Assembly: GCF_009914755.1 (NCBI RefSeq)
Contig: NC_060935.1
Length of the DNA: 64,000 bases
Source of the DNA: the human T2T-CHM13v2.0 reference genome, Homo sapiens
Reading direction: 5' to 3' (one strand)
Positions 1 through 17,480 of the stretch are shown here, one piece after another. The notes beneath the pieces are model-generated. The model was not told the origin of the DNA, did not search any database, and saw nothing but the letters and a program-made list of their open reading frames with translations. Positions within the stretch are counted from its first letter, which is position 1; each line of letters opens with the position of its first letter. A program made the translations under genes and the position numbers.

Positions 1-1529
1 GAATCTTCCACAAGCTTGTGTTAAAATAACATTTTGAATGATGTTCAAATAATTTTGAATTAGCTTTTGTAAAAGAAGTGTATAATTCCTATCACTTACT
101 ACTAACACTGTTATGTACCTTCCCTGCTTTAAAAACTGGGCCTTGAGTTCAAAAAGAGGAAGTACCATAATAGATGTAAGCTATAAAGTGACCCAAATCT
201 TCTGAACTCCAAACTGCTTCCCACTGGCTTTATCTATGCTCTATTTCAGTGTCTCCCTCTGGTATAGCATTAACCAAATAACTGTTGTTAAAATGCACAT
301 TTGCAGCAAAATACATTAGTTCAAGTGAGTTATCAGTTGGGGAAAGCAGAATGTTGGCCTAGAAGAAAAGGGTTTTGAGATATGCATTTATACATTTAGT
401 CAGCAGATAACTATTGAGTACTTACTGTATGCTAGACATTGTGTTAGGGGAATATACTGATAAACAAGCCATAGCAAGCATAGTAATCTTTATAAATTGT
501 CTGTTTGTCTATTTCATTGTTGACAGTTTCCCCCACCCATTATCACCAGCAAACACTGCAATTGAAACTCCATTAGGACCTCATGTCTTGTTCATCACTG
601 TAGCCCTACCTACTAGATTGATTCCTGCCATATAATACAGACTCAGTAAATATTTTTAGATTGAGTGAATGATTGAATGAATGGCACTGTCCCTGCTCTT
701 AAAAGAGCTTGATGTTTGAGAGATGGTTGGGAGAGTTGATGGCATGAAATAGTTCATATGATGGAGTAGTTGGAAGATTTCAGAATGCTTTTACTGATGT
801 ATCAGTACTATAATTCTGAATTTTCTAGTTCTTCAGGTCAGTAGTAAAAATAGAAATATTTATTTATCTATATTTATCAATTTATATTTTAGTGGTTTCT
901 CCACATCTGTTCATTTTATTTCATTCTTACAGCAATAAATATGCCAGAAAGATATAATGTCAGAACCTAAGAATTAGAAGGGGAAAGAGGAAGAATCTAG
1001 TACAATCTGAATGGGACCAGGCCCCTGTGGTAGTCTCTGCTCGTACATTGAGCCCACTTTGAGTTCAGATTCACCAGTGTGTTTCTCCTCCAAAAACAAA
1101 CAAATCCAAATTCAAGAGAATTGGAGGCTAATATAGTGTTGGTTATTTGGAGAAAAATCAAAAAAGAAATATACATGACACAGCAAAGCTTCATCACCGT
1201 TACCATCATCACTTAATATTATACCTCTTCCTTTATGGAAAGTATTCCTTCATCCAAGATACTCATTGTCCTGACCCTGCTGTTTTTCTTACCTTACTCA
1301 GCCTCCAAAATGTACCCCTTCTATTGTGCTGGGTCATTCATTTTTTTACCCTCAATTTGCATGCCCACTAAAACAACAAAAACAACATCTGTTTACCTGA
1401 GGATCTTCTTGGAGAATATCCAAGTAATCTTGCCGCATGAGAATATATGGAGAACACACTAGGGCAATGTTCTATATATTTGTTTTCATATTTCTTACTC
1501 TAAACAGCCTTCTAAAATAATAACTATTA

Positions 1530-1900
1530 ATATCTGTACTTTTGAGCTAAGGAAACTGATGCTCAGAGACCATAGGTAACTTAGTCAAAATGGCATAACT
1601 GGCAAATAGTGGTGGGGATTCAAAACCACATGTACCTCTCTCCAAATCCTGTGCTATTTACAGGTCGTATCTGCCTCATAATATAGTAGTAGCTACTATT
1701 TATTGAACACTTGCCTGTGCCAGGTATTGTACTACACATTTCACAAATATTGTGTAATTTCTCACTGTGAGTCAGCTATGAGTACTGTGATTATTCCCAC
1801 TTTATAAATGAAAAATCTGAGGCTCAGGAAAAATAAGTCACTCGCCCAAAATCACATAACAAGAAAGTTGTAGTGGGAGAATATAATCAGGTACACCTGG
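1530..1900. mobile_element. Two adjacent MIR SINE fragments
   Basis: MIR core motifs 'aggaaactgatgctcagaga' and 'attcccactttataaatgaaaaatctgaggctcagg'; boundaries approximate. Confidence 0.7.
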
Positions 1901-2269
1901 CTGATTTGTCTGTTTCTTTCCACCATGTCACACTATTGAAATAAAACATATTGATGCCCCAATTCAATATTCCTCATCAATATAACAGGTCCCTTCACAG
2001 ACATTAATAAAAGATGATTTTCTATTCTTTATTTAAACACATCCAGTGACAAAGTGCTCATTACTCCATGATCCAGCTCATTTCCAAACTGGATACTCTA
2101 GTAATAAGAAATTTGTTCTGAACCAAAAGGTGCCCTTCTTTAACATTGTCTTATGCAGTCTATTGTTTTGTCCTAAATAGCAACAAACCATTTTTTTCTA
2201 TATAGGCTCTCGTCTATAGGATAGCTCTTCAATTATCTCATTTATTTTAAACTATTTATGATATATTTA

Positions 2270-2750
2270 TCATATGATAGGCAGTGTGCTAGATGCTGGA
2301 TATACAATTTATAAGAACACAATGACAGTCTCTTACAGCTTACTGGTTGAAATAGGCACTAATGAAATAATTATACAAATAGATATATAACTGCAAAATG
2401 TGATAAGTAACAAAGTTAAGAAAACTATACAGGATGGCGAAAGTGTATACCTTGGTCTAATTTAAGTTAAGATAGGTATTTTGGAAGGCTCCTCTGTAAA
2501 GAGGATATTTAAAGAATAAGTAGAAAATAACAAGGCAAAAATGGTTAAGGAGTAAAGGCAATGGGGATAAAAATTTAGTAAAGACGAGAGTATGCATATG
2601 TCTTTGAGGCTGGAGGGAGTATAGGGCCTTCCAAGAATGAAAGGAAGAACCGTGAGGCTGAAGCCCAAAGAATAACTGAGATGATCGATCAAGATAAGCC
2701 GGAAAGGAATACAGGCTCCAGTTCATGCATCAAGGTCCATACATGTCATG
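2270..2750. mobile_element. L2 LINE 3' fragment
   Basis: L2-like 'aggcagtgtgctagatgctggatatacaa' followed by purine-rich L2-type sequence; boundaries approximate. Confidence 0.55.
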
Positions 2751-2769
2751 GCAGTATTTCTGATCTTCA

Positions 2770-3641
2770 GTAGTAACAAATACACTTAGCACACAGATCT
2801 TTGACTCTAATACCATTTTCCATAAAAGGAACCAGGGCTTCTTGGACAAAGGAGTAGGGTAGAAAATATATAAGGTAAACTTGTAGCATAATATAATTCC
2901 GAAAAGTAAAAAAGTGCTAAAACTAAAACAATATTAAGGGTGTATCAAAGAGACACAGGAGGAGCTAAATAAAAGAGCATCCAGTGACCAAAGCTGGAAC
3001 AATCTGAGCAAAAACAATCAACAAAATGTCATTGGATCATAACCCAAAGCATAAAACAAATATCCATGAGTCCATACTGATGTAAATAAATGATTTGATA
3101 AATAAATACGTAAATTGGAGAGAATAAACAAATTGCCCTGTACACAATAATTTATGTCGATATTTTTTCCTCAAGGAGATGAATCATAACTCTCCAGTCT
3201 TTAAATTTGTACTGCACATAATAACTTCCTTTTAAAGAGGTCAGCATGAAAAGCAGGAAAAGAAGAAACACTTTACAGAGCAAAACCTGACAAACACTAC
3301 CTCAGCCAGGTGACTAAGGTCAACATTGACAGATATAAATTATATTGATAATAGGCACCCTTCATGTGATGTGATGAGAATACTACTTTTTTTCTGTGAT
3401 CTTCCTCACAAAAACCCATATTCCTAGTTTAATAATGAAAAAGAATCAGACACATCACAATAGAGGGACATTTTACAAAATACCTGACAAGTAATCTTTA
3501 AAATCATCAGGGTCATCAAAAACAAGAAAAGTCAGAGAAACTGTCACAGCCAAGAGGAGCTTAAGGAGCCATGATGAGCAAATGTAATGCAGGATTCTGA
3601 TGTGGTACTAGAACAGAAAAATGATATAATGTACAAAGTAA
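2770..3641 (+). mobile_element. Old L1MC-type (L1MC4-like) 3' end, left part; host of the L1PA2/3 insertion
   Basis: 'gagaaactgtcacagccaagaggagcttaaggag...atgtaatgcaggattctga' resembles the L1MC 3' UTR and continues colinearly after 9676. Confidence 0.7.
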
Positions 3642-4545
3642 GGGGAGGAGCCAAGATGGCCGAATAGGAACAGCTCTAGTCTACAGCTCCCAGTGTGAGC
3701 GACGCAGAAGAAGGTGATTTCTGCATTTCCATCTGAGGTTCCGGGTTCATCTCTCTAGGGAGTGCCAGACAGTGGGCGCAGGTCAGTGGGTGTGCACACC
3801 ATGCGCGAGCCAAAGCAGGGCGAGGCATTGCCTCACTTGGGAAGCGCAAGGGGTCAGGGAGTTCCCTTTCCGAGTCAAAGAAAAGGGTGACAGACGGCAC
3901 CTGGAAAATCGGGTCACTCCTACCCGAATACTGCGCTTTTCCGACGGGCTTAAAAAACGGCGAACCAGGAGATTATATCTCGCACCTGGCTCAGAGGGTC
4001 CTACGCCCACGGAGTCTCCTGATTGCTAGCACAGCAGTCTGAGATCAAACTGCAAGGCAGCAGCGAGGCTTGGGGAGGGGCACCCGCCATTGCCCAGGCT
4101 TGATTAGTTAAACAAAGCAGCCCGGAAGCTCGAACTGGGCGGAGCCCACCACAGCTCAAGGAGGCCTGCCTGCCTCTGTAGGCTCCACCTCTGGGGGCAG
4201 GGCACAGACAAACAAAAAGACAGCAGTAACCTCTGCAGACTTAAATGTCCCTGTCTGACAGCTTTCAAGAGAGCAGTGGTTCTCCCAGCACCCAGCTGGA
4301 GATCTGAGAACGGGCAGACTGTGTCCTCAAGTGGGTCCCTGACCCCTGACCCCTGAGCAGCCTAACTGGGAGGCACCCCCCAGCAGGGGCACACTGACAC
4401 CTCACATGGCAGGGTATTCCAACAGACCTGCAGCTGAGGGTCCTGTCTGTTAGAAGGAAAACTAACAAACAGAAAGGACATCCACACCAAAAATCCATCT
4501 GTACATCACCATCATCAAAGACCAAAAGTAGATAAAACCACAAAG
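3642..4545 (+). promoter_or_regulatory. L1 5' UTR internal sense promoter and antisense promoter, with YY1 site CAAGATGGCC at 3652-3661
   Basis: CpG-rich L1PA 5' UTR; lacks the ~129-bp segment present in the older L1 at 50063-50190. Confidence 0.85.
4001..4090 (-). pseudogene. ORF0: L1 ORF0, frameshifted to 29 aa (MAGAPPQASLLPCSLISDCCASNQETPWA*)
   Basis: Hand translation from ATG at 4090-4088; a 1-nt loss near 4018 shifts the frame, and the normal continuation is the track ORF 3783..4010. Confidence 0.8.
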
Positions 4546-5562
4546 ATGGGGAAAAAGCAGAATAGAAAAACTGGAAACTCTAAAAAGCAGAGCGCCTCTC
4601 CTCCTCCAAAGGAATGCAGTTCCTCACCAGCAATGGAACAAAGCTGGATGGAGAATGACTTTGACGAGCTGATAGAAGAAGGCTTCAGAAGATCAAATTA
4701 CTCTGAGCTACGGGAGGAAATTCAAACCAAAGGCAAAGAAGTTGAAAACTTTGAAAAAAATTTAGAAGAATGTATAACTAGAATAACCAATACAGAGAAG
4801 TGCTTAAAGGAGCTGATGGAGCTGAAAACCAAGGCACGAGAACTACGTGAAGAATGCAGAAGCCTCAGGAGCCGATGCGATCAACTGGAAGAAAGGGTAT
4901 CAGTGATGGAAGATGAAATGAATGAAATGAAGCGAGAAGGGAAGTTTAGAGAAAAAAGAATAAAAAGAAACGAGCAAAGCCTCCAAGAAATATGGGACTA
5001 TGTGAAAAGACCAAATCTACGTCTGATTGGTGTACCTGAAAGTGATGGGGAGAATGGAACCAAGTTGGAAAACACTCTGCAGGATATTATCCAGGAGAAC
5101 TTCCACAATCTAGCAAGGCAGGCCAGCATTCAGATTCAGGAAATACAGAGAATGCCACAAAGATACTCCTCGAGAAGAGCAACTCCAAGACACGTAATTG
5201 TCAGATTCACCAAAGTTGAAATGAAGAAAAAAATGTTAAGGGCAGCCAGAGAGAAAGGTCGGGTTACCCTCAAAGGGAAGCCCATGAGACTAACAGCGGA
5301 TCTCTCGGCAGAAACCCTACAAGCCAGAAGAGAGTGGGGGCCAATATTCAACATTCTTAAAGAAAAGAATTTTCAACCCAGAATTTCATATCCAGCCAAA
5401 CTAAGCTTCATAAGCGAAGGAGAAATATAATCCTTTACAGACAAGCAAATGCTGAGAGATTTTGTCACCACCAGGCCTGCCCTAAAAGAGCTCCTGAAGG
5501 AAGCACTAAACATGGAAAGGAACAACCGGTACCAGCTGCTGCAAAATCATGCCAAAATGTAA
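4546..5562 (+). pseudogene. ORF1: L1 ORF1p (338-codon frame) with a premature stop at 5428-5430
   Basis: MGKKQNRKTGNSK...; track ORF is 294 aa; the natural TAA at 5560-5562 is in the same frame. Confidence 0.95.
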
Positions 5563-5615
5563 AGACCATCGAGACTAGGAAGAACTAACGAGCAAAATAA
5601 CCAGCTAACATGATA

Positions 5616-9443
<3,828 letters not shown>

Positions 9444-9676
9444 ACAATGAGATCACATGGACACAGAAAGGGGAATATCACACTCTGGGGACTGTTGTGG
9501 GGTGGGGGGAGGGGGGAGGGATAGCATTGGGCGATATACCTAATGCTAGATGACGAGTTAGTGGGTGCAGCGCACCAGCATGGCACATGTATACATATGT
9601 AACTAACCTGCACAATGTGCACATGTACCCTAAAACTTAAAAGTATAATAAAAAAAAAAAAGAAACAAAGTAAGGG

Positions 9677-9876
9677 AATATGTATAAAGTATGAACTTCA
9701 GTTAATAATAATGTACTGAAACTGATTCATTCATTCATTGTAACAAATGTACTATACTAATGTTAGATATTAATAATGGGGAAAATTTGACGTGGGGTCT
9801 ATGGGAACTCTATACTATCTTGTCAGCTCTTCTGAAAATTTAAAACTATTCTAAAATGAAATGTTTTCTTTAAAAA
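9677..9876 (+). mobile_element. Old L1MC-type 3' end, right part
   Basis: 'cagttaataataatgtac...gggaactctatactatct...aaaactattctaaaat' continues the element interrupted at 3641. Confidence 0.7.
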
Positions 9877-9999
9877 ATGGGGAGGGAGGAGACCCTGATC
9901 TTTGGTAGAATCAGGACCAACACCAAGTTTGTCTGACCCTGGCTTAAGAGTATTTCTACCAGATCACTATGCTGTAGAAAGATACCTGCTTGTTTCTTT

Positions 10000-10970
10000 A
10001 TCTTGCCAGCCCTCTGAGATACCTCAAATTTTTATAAGTGATCCTCCTGATGCATTCTAGTCTCCCAATTCAGGAACTTGCTGAATTTCAGAGACCTCCT
10101 ACTCCTCATGCGGCAACCACACATGTCCCTACCAGACAGAAAATGCCTGCTGAATGTAGACCCAGCATCTGTTCTGCTACTCTTCCCACTCTCTGAACCC
10201 AATCTTTGCCACCATAGCGAATTCCTATTCTTCTTCAGTTTCTTGTTATATCCCAATCTAGCAACGGTCTTCTCACACTGCCTCTCCAGAACTTGTCTGG
10301 ACCCCAAGACTCTATATTTCCATCATACCTTCAGCTTCACCTCAGGTTGTCTTATGCCCTTAGCATTCAGGAACCACAGCTTTCCTAGTCCTTATTCAGT
10401 TTGTCTTCCAGTCCTGCTCCCAGAATGCTTAAGGCTGCTGGAAAAATCTAGCCATTCGGTTGACTGGCTTCAGAATAATATCTCATATCTCCTGGAATTT
10501 TAATGATGCCCACTAGTCCCTTTTCTTTTCCTTAAATGTCCTTGTACTGTGCTAAACCAATCCTAAACCTTGTCCATTCTGTCTGAGTTCTCAGCTTCCC
10601 TCTCCCTGCCCTGCAGGAACACCTTCCCTTACTTCCATCCCCCCACCTCCCCACTTCACCCTGACAACATGCTTCCCTCTCTCCACCATCTTATATTTCA
10701 ACAAACAAAAACTATCAGGGGTCCTTATTGTCCACCCCCACCTCTACCATTGTTAAAAGTCTTTCTCATTTGCCGTGGGGCCTTACCTCCTTAATTATCC
10801 TTTCTCCTAATCTCTCTCCCATGACTTAACCATATTCTATGTTCACCTATCCTCCCTGGCCTCCAAACATTTTCCCATTCTAAAAACAAGCTTTGCCCAA
10901 ACATACTTCCAACTGACAGACAAACAATGATACTGCACTCATTAATCATTGATAAATTATTTTGTTTAGT
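10000..10970 (+). mobile_element. Degenerate L2 body fragment
   Basis: Pyrimidine-rich L2-like sequence; boundaries approximate. Confidence 0.4.
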
Positions 10971-12516
10971 AGGCAAAATTTTTTCTAAACATGAGCACAG
11001 GCAAAAAAATATATATATATATGATAATGAAACACCTCACTATCAGTGAAACTATGGGCACCAATGAGATACTCTGTAGCTCCATTTCAGTTTTCATGTT
11101 CTGTGGTTCTCTGTAGTTTATCCCTTCTTTATTTATCTGTCTTTCCAGAGCTTCTGGATAGAAACTATGTTGCAAATTTCCCTTATCATTTCTCCTATTG
11201 TATTAGGTTGTTGACTTGTCTAAAATTTCCCTGAGAGATTTCATGTTTTATTTATCTCTAATATAGTGATTTGTGAATAATAAGAATTAATTATTATTAA
11301 AAGAACAAGTGGTGAACTGACTTTGTTCCAGGCTAATTATTGTTGGCTTTTTAAAAGCAATTTTTAATACTCTGTTTCTAAAAGTATTTGAGGCTATTTT
11401 CCTTGTTATAAAACACAAAGAAATAAAAATGAGAAACACAGCCCAAGGACCCAGATAATATGGAAAATCACCCTTGCAATTCATTTGATATAGATTCTAC
11501 ATGCTGCCAAGTGGGTCCTTGAGAGCAGGGTCTCATTTTGATGTATGTTTTGTACAGTGCCTAGGTCAATGGGAATTTGTGGTGAATAAATTGAGGATGA
11601 AAGCAATGTGACTGATGGATGCAGAGAGAAATGAGACTCCTATCATCTATTTTCAGCTGTAGTATTGCATACATAGCCTTTGGCCTCTAACATGGGGCTT
11701 TGAAAGTTAAATTCTTCAGCCTCGGAATTAGAAATAATACCTCCACATCTAGCTGGTTTCAAAAGAGTTTTGCTTAAGGTAATGGCCACAAAAGAACAAA
11801 GTATTGCTCTATACTGAGCAGAATAAATCAGCCTAGCATTTCAGAAAGTTCTGTACAAATTTAACAAAAACACATTCTATCCATTACCTTAGGTTCTTTC
11901 CTTCAAAATAGTTGTATTTGTATTCCCTTTAATTAGAGCTGCTGGATTTTTCATAGTTGCTTAATTAAATTAGGGGAATATCAATTCTTGATGCCTTTAG
12001 GAAAGTAACTCCAATTACACAGCCAATCTGTCAGTAGAAGTTAAGAGGAAAAAACATTTTAATAGCAAAGTTACAGGGAACAAAGTATGCATATAATAAG
12101 TAGGAAGAATACTTAATAATTAGTCTTGCTATTAACTAAATTTTATAGAAATTGCTCAGGACTTTCACTTAAAAGTTTTCGATGCAGGCATGGGTATGTA
12201 ATTTAGCACTCCCAGCTCAGATAGCTCATGTAGCTATTTGGTCTGGTTTAGGTATGATTCCATATTGAAGGCTCAGCATTGCATCTGCTATGACAGGTTA
12301 GATATTCAGCACCAGCAGAGTCAGATCAACCTTGGTGAGAAAGATCCCATAATGTTGAGTCTGTGGATATTCTCTATCCGTGCCACCCTGACTACTCTGT
12401 CATTGACCCATTGTGCAATTCTGGAGTAGCTGAGGACAGAAACTGTCTGGCATTACCTGGATGAGTCATCCTATCCATCAGGCTTTTTAATGCTGCTTTT
12501 GTGATACATGCCTTCT

Positions 12517-13043
12517 GTATTAGCTGTCTATTGCTGTATAAAAACTTATCCCAAAACTTAGTGATTTTAAAAGAGTACACATTTATTATCCCATTGTTTC
12601 TGTAGGTTAGATGTCTGAGCACTCCTATCTGGGTCTTCTGCTTCAAGTATCTCATAAAGATGCAACAAGATGTCTGCCAGGGTTGGAATCACATCTGAAG
12701 GCTCAACTGGAGAAGTATCTGCTTCCAAGCTCAGGTAGTTGTTGGCAGGACTCAGTTCCTTGCAGGTTGTTAGAATGAGTGTCTCAGTTCCTTGCTGGCT
12801 ATTGGGTCCTTACAGGCCCTTGACATATGGGCCTCCCCATTATGGTGGTTTGCTTCATCAAAGCCAGCAAGAAAGAGAGAAACAAGACAAAAGTAACTAT
12901 CTCATGTAACATAGTCTAGAAATGACATTGCATTACTTTTGTCATAATATATCAACTAGAGATAGTAGCTAGGCCAGCCCATAATCAAAGTGTAGGGATC
13001 ACAGAGGACATGGATAACAGGGGACAGGGATCACTGAGGGCCT
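12517..13043. mobile_element. MaLR solo LTR, MLT1F/G-like
   Basis: Starts 'tgtattagctgtctattgctgtata...ccaaaacttagtg', contains 'catctgaaggctcaactggagaag...gcttccaagctca'. Confidence 0.75.
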
Positions 13044-13656
13044 TGTTAGAGTCTGATGCCAAAATCTCTCTGATGGGCATTGTCATGAGACATAAAGAGT
13101 CACACATTTTGTGCTCACTCCTATAGCTCCATCCACATGTCTGTTCCCTAGACTTCCTTGACTCTTATCTTACACTGTTCCTCCTTCAGTCTCCTGAGCA
13201 CCCAGTCAAGCCATTTGCCACTGCTCAGGAATCAGTATACCATTACCCTTACCTCTAACAACTCTCCACTGAAAGTTGAAGCCGAGGTAGCTCTTCAAAG
13301 TTCTGCTCACTAGGATTCCCTTTCACCATTGTCCTTCAGCCCAGAGTGGGGTTGTCAGGCAGAACATTGTATTTTCAGCTCACACTAACATATAAATTAA
13401 CCTATTGATGAACCAGGCCCAAGAATTTTGTTGGGTTCTTATTTTTTAGATTTAAAAGTACATATATTGCTTTATTTCTCATTGCAAATAATATATTTTA
13501 ACTGCAGATATATAGAAAATAAGCCTAAAACAGAGGAAGTTATCACTTACGACACTATCACTCAGAGATAACTATGCCTGTTTGTTTACATATACAAACA
13601 TATAAATATTCATTACACATATGCGCATACATGATACATGGTCATATTATATATAT

Positions 13657-14770
13657 GTTGAGTCTGATACTTGATCTGATGCTGCTGTTTTGGTCTCATG
13701 GATACAGGTAGAAGACACGAAACTCCTGGATCATAGACCAAGAACTTTATAACTCAAGGCACAGCAAGCAGCAAGAGTATCAATTCATTGCATTAGTTCT
13801 CCTTGCTCCCAAGTCCAATGGGGATAATGGGGAAGGTCCAATTTTTGACTTTTCCTCAGACCATAGGGAATCTGCTACCAGGCCATAAGCCTGAACTGAG
13901 GGAGGAGTGTCAGAGCAACAGATGTAAGTGTCATAGGATTCTGGGATACCTATTCATATAAACTACCATGGTCTCCAGACCTGCTCAGGTATGATCCCTG
14001 ATATGCCATTTTCATCATGTAATGGATTACTATGTATGACTTGATGAGTCTGACAACATTCTTGATGGGCAACTGCAGTTACAAAGCTGCTTAATATCCC
14101 ATGGTCTCTATTAGTCTCTGTGTATAGCAACAGCATAACAGGAACTGCCCATTGAACAGTGACCAGTTTTTGCTGCAGAAGGTGTGTACTTGCTCTAGAA
14201 CTTAGATAGTCTGTGCTATGACTTTCTACCCAGGGGCTTACCAGAGGTTCTATGCAGCTTTCTTATCCTGGGCAGATATTTTTAGCCTCATTGGATCCAC
14301 TAGGCCTTATGGTCCAAAAACAGAGCTGCTTTTATCACAGACTTACTCTGTTGTAAAGCCATCTCTCGCTCTGGGTCTGGCTCAAAACTGTCAGCTTTCT
14401 GAGTCACTTTATGAATAGGTTGGAACACTATTTTCAAGTGTGATACATGCTATTTTTAAAATCCAAAAATGCTATAAGCTTCTATACTTCATTCTTAATG
14501 ATTGAAGTTACAGGAGAAAAAAGGTATTCTTATTCTTGAAGAGGATGTCCTGACCTGCCGTAGACTAGCTTACCAATGACCAGGTTCCTAAAATGTTGTA
14601 AGGTTTATCTCCCACACTCTGGTGCTCTACCTAGGAATTCACACTGCTTGTCACTTCCTACTCACCATATCAGATTAACCTGATGTCACCACTCTAGTAG
14701 ACTAACATGATGTTGGGTTGGAGCAAGCATGAATGGTCAGTGCCAAAGGAATACAATCAGGGCACTAGAG
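13657..14770 (-). mobile_element. ERVL relic: partial LTR40-like LTR (about 13657-13845) joined to an internal pol fragment
   Basis: LTR40-like 'ggtctcatggatacaggtagaagacacgaaactcctggatc'; the minus strand near 13970-14035 resembles ERVL pol (the ...IIKWKWYIRDRARAGPEG region), degenerate. Confidence 0.6.
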
Positions 14771-15277
14771 ATAGTCTCTAGTCCAAAGATACTTTAACTG
14801 AGGAGCAGAGAAATATAAAAGTCAAATAACAATAGAAGATTTTATGTCGTACTTACCAACTTTATGGTAGAGGCAACAAAGTGGTATGACAGTGTAAAGA
14901 AAGGCAAGAGCATTTTAAGCCAGGTGATTACTATAAGCCAACACATGGACTCAGAATTGTACATGGGCTAAAATACAAATAAATGTATTTATTATTCATT
15001 TATACTATATATACAGTCCAAAGGGTTTCCAGATTGGCTGGAAGGCTCTTTACCATGCAGCCATTAAGGAATCCAGGCACATAGAGGTTTTATCATGCTT
15101 CCTTAGGTCACCCTAGACTTTGATAAGTCATTAGTGGAAAGGAAATTTCCAAGTATGCAATAATTTTATAAATCTGGAAGTGAAACTCATCACTTCCTCT
15201 CACATCCTGTCACCTGGAATTAGGTCACATAGCCACAACTAGCCATAAGCCCAAAGTTGAGAATTGTATTCTAGCTG

Positions 15278-16283
15278 CAGTGCCTGATTACATAATTAGT
15301 AGAACCCTGTTCAAAGTGAAAATATGTGGGACTCTTGTTCAAAAAGAAGGAAAAATACGTACTGTTCTTAAATATACTTTCTTCTGTGTTCTCACCGCCT
15401 TTTCACATAGTGCTTTTTAAAATTTGATATTGTCATTCTAAGTAAAAAATTAAAATTTTAAATTATCAGCATGAATTTTGCCATTCATGTTTGTGCAATG
15501 CCAAATTTAAATGTCAATATGAGTATTTAATTCATATGCGGAAAGACTAAATTTATAAAATTTGCTTTTGTAGCTTGTATATGTATGCATATTTTGTTCT
15601 TACCAGAACAGTGGAAACACCGCACAAAACAAACTCAACTATTTTTATTTCACTTCTTGATACATGCACATTCTGCCAATACTCTCTACCTTTAGCTTTC
15701 GGAAGAGTCAGGAAGAACTGAAAGGAAAAGGCACTGTGAGTTATCCTATTATTCCCTTTCTTTCTGTGTCATCATTTTCAGGGGAAGAGGTTGGCTAATA
15801 CAGGAAATAACAGGAGTAAGAAAGGATGTGATAGGGTTTCTTGGTGTTTTGTATCTTTAGAAGACTACCATTGTCATCTACTTTCAAAGCAATTTCAGGT
15901 TGGAAGGGAAAATGTGGCTCCTCAGGGCTGTCAGTGCACCTACTTATTTTGTCACAGATGCGAAACATTTACCTTGTTCCCTCTTTGAGTCTCACTGAAC
16001 TTCCACATCTCATGGGTGCACAGAATTCTGAACTGATTGGACATTGCAAACACTATGCACAAAGGGGGCAAAAACAGTGGATGCACATATTGTGTACAGC
16101 TCCTCTGTTCATGCACGTGTTCTGCTGTCCCATTGCACTTCACTTATAAAACACAAGACCAAAAATAAAATTATTAAGAAGTTTTAGGATGGCAACAGCA
16201 GAGAATCAAACCAAGCATCAGGCTCTTCTGAGCATGGTAAGCAATGTAGCTGCACAGGGTACATACTCATGAGGTCAGCCTTG
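15278..16283 (-). mobile_element. MER45B-like hAT-Tip100 DNA transposon, apparently complete, inserted in an old MLT1-like LTR
   Basis: Degenerate TIRs (cagtgcctg...cagccttg), about 1 kb, perfect 8-bp TSD TCTAGCTG at 15270-15277 and 16284-16291. Confidence 0.85.
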
Positions 16284-16399
16284 TCTAGCTGTTTCCAGAA
16301 AAAAACATTAAGAAAAACTATTTTCTGAAAGAGTTAACACTTAAGAAAACCAGGTACATAAACAGGATGGTTCCTGTCCTTTGTCTTTTACAATTATGG

Positions 16400-16600
16400 T
16401 GGTCACATACCAAGCACCTAATATTTGCCAGGTATCAGATCTTTGCAGGAACTATCTTTAACTCACACAACTCTGAAAGGCATATTATTATTATTATTAT
16501 TATTTCTAACTTACAGATGAGAAACTGAGGCTCATTCAGGTAAAGTGATTTCCCAGGGCTACAGAGCTATCAAAATAACTAGAGCAATGTCCATTTCATG
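16400..16600. mobile_element. MIR SINE
   Basis: MIR core 'ttacagatgagaaactgaggctca'. Confidence 0.75.
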
Positions 16601-17269
16601 CCAAAACTTTTGTTATTAATGCTGATATATCTGCTCCATATAGATTACCAGTAATCAAATTGTTTTTTAAAATATCTTTTTCATTACCTACAGTATACAC
16701 ATTGTCTTTATCATTTTTTTCTAATCTGTATTTAACTGGTCAAAGACAAAACCAATAAATCTTATAGTTTGAAGAAACTTTTGGTCTAATCAAACCTAAC
16801 TTCATACAGGAAATGCGACTCCTTTCTATAACATCACTAAGTGGATATCCATCTGTTATTTGACAATTCCAAGTGTTGGAAAACTCATTTACTCTCAGAC
16901 AGGCATTCCATTTTCAGAAAGTCCTCAGTAAACCCAATCTGAATCAAATCAAGTGCTATAAAATGTTAGACTGTACATTTTGATGGTATAAAACACTGTT
17001 CCAAAATAAAATTAGGCTAAGAAATGTTATATTTTAGGAAACATCTAGGCAATAGTATTATTGTTTTCTAGGCATGGAAAAATTATTTTTCTTCTATTCA
17101 TTATTACTGATATACAGTTTAATAATTTTCCAATGAGAAAATAGCCTGGCTCACAGGAACCTGGGGGACAGGTGAATGAGCCTGCTAAGACCAGTTTCTG
17201 GCCTATCGTCTCTTGCATTTTGATGGGCTGGTGAGAGACAAAGTGAATGATCAGAGAAGTGAGTGTAGA

Positions 17270-17480
17270 GTCTAAAAAGTATCTGGATTCAAATCTTTGT
17301 TCCACAACTTGTCCCAAGCCTCACTAGCTATATGAAGTTAAAGTAGAAACTTAAATTTTCTGAATCTCCATGTTCTCATCTGGAATCTGAAAATAATAAC
17401 CAATACTTTACAGGATTGTTAAGAGAATTAGGTGAAAACAGATGAAAACAGATGAGCTCATATACACAAATGTTCTTTAC
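17270..17480. mobile_element. MIR SINE
   Basis: 'ctggattcaaatc...tctgaatctccatgttctcatctgg...aggattgttaagagaatta'. Confidence 0.7.

Noticed and set aside
3670-4100. Shared TG/CA variants between the 5' UTRs of the two full-length L1s
   Set aside because: CpG decay recurs independently, so these were not counted as conversion evidence
10078-10503. 141-aa ORF, and the similar 143-aa ORF at 32756..33187
   Set aside because: Non-ATG starts in pyrimidine-rich L2-like DNA, which is depleted of stop codons; no recognisable domain
14764-14782. Short hairpins (ACTAGAGA-tag-TCTCTAGT; TTCAACAAA-agaag-TTTGTTGAA near 35702) and small tandem duplications (about 17433, 19119, 40178)
   Set aside because: Too short to separate from chance or ordinary slippage
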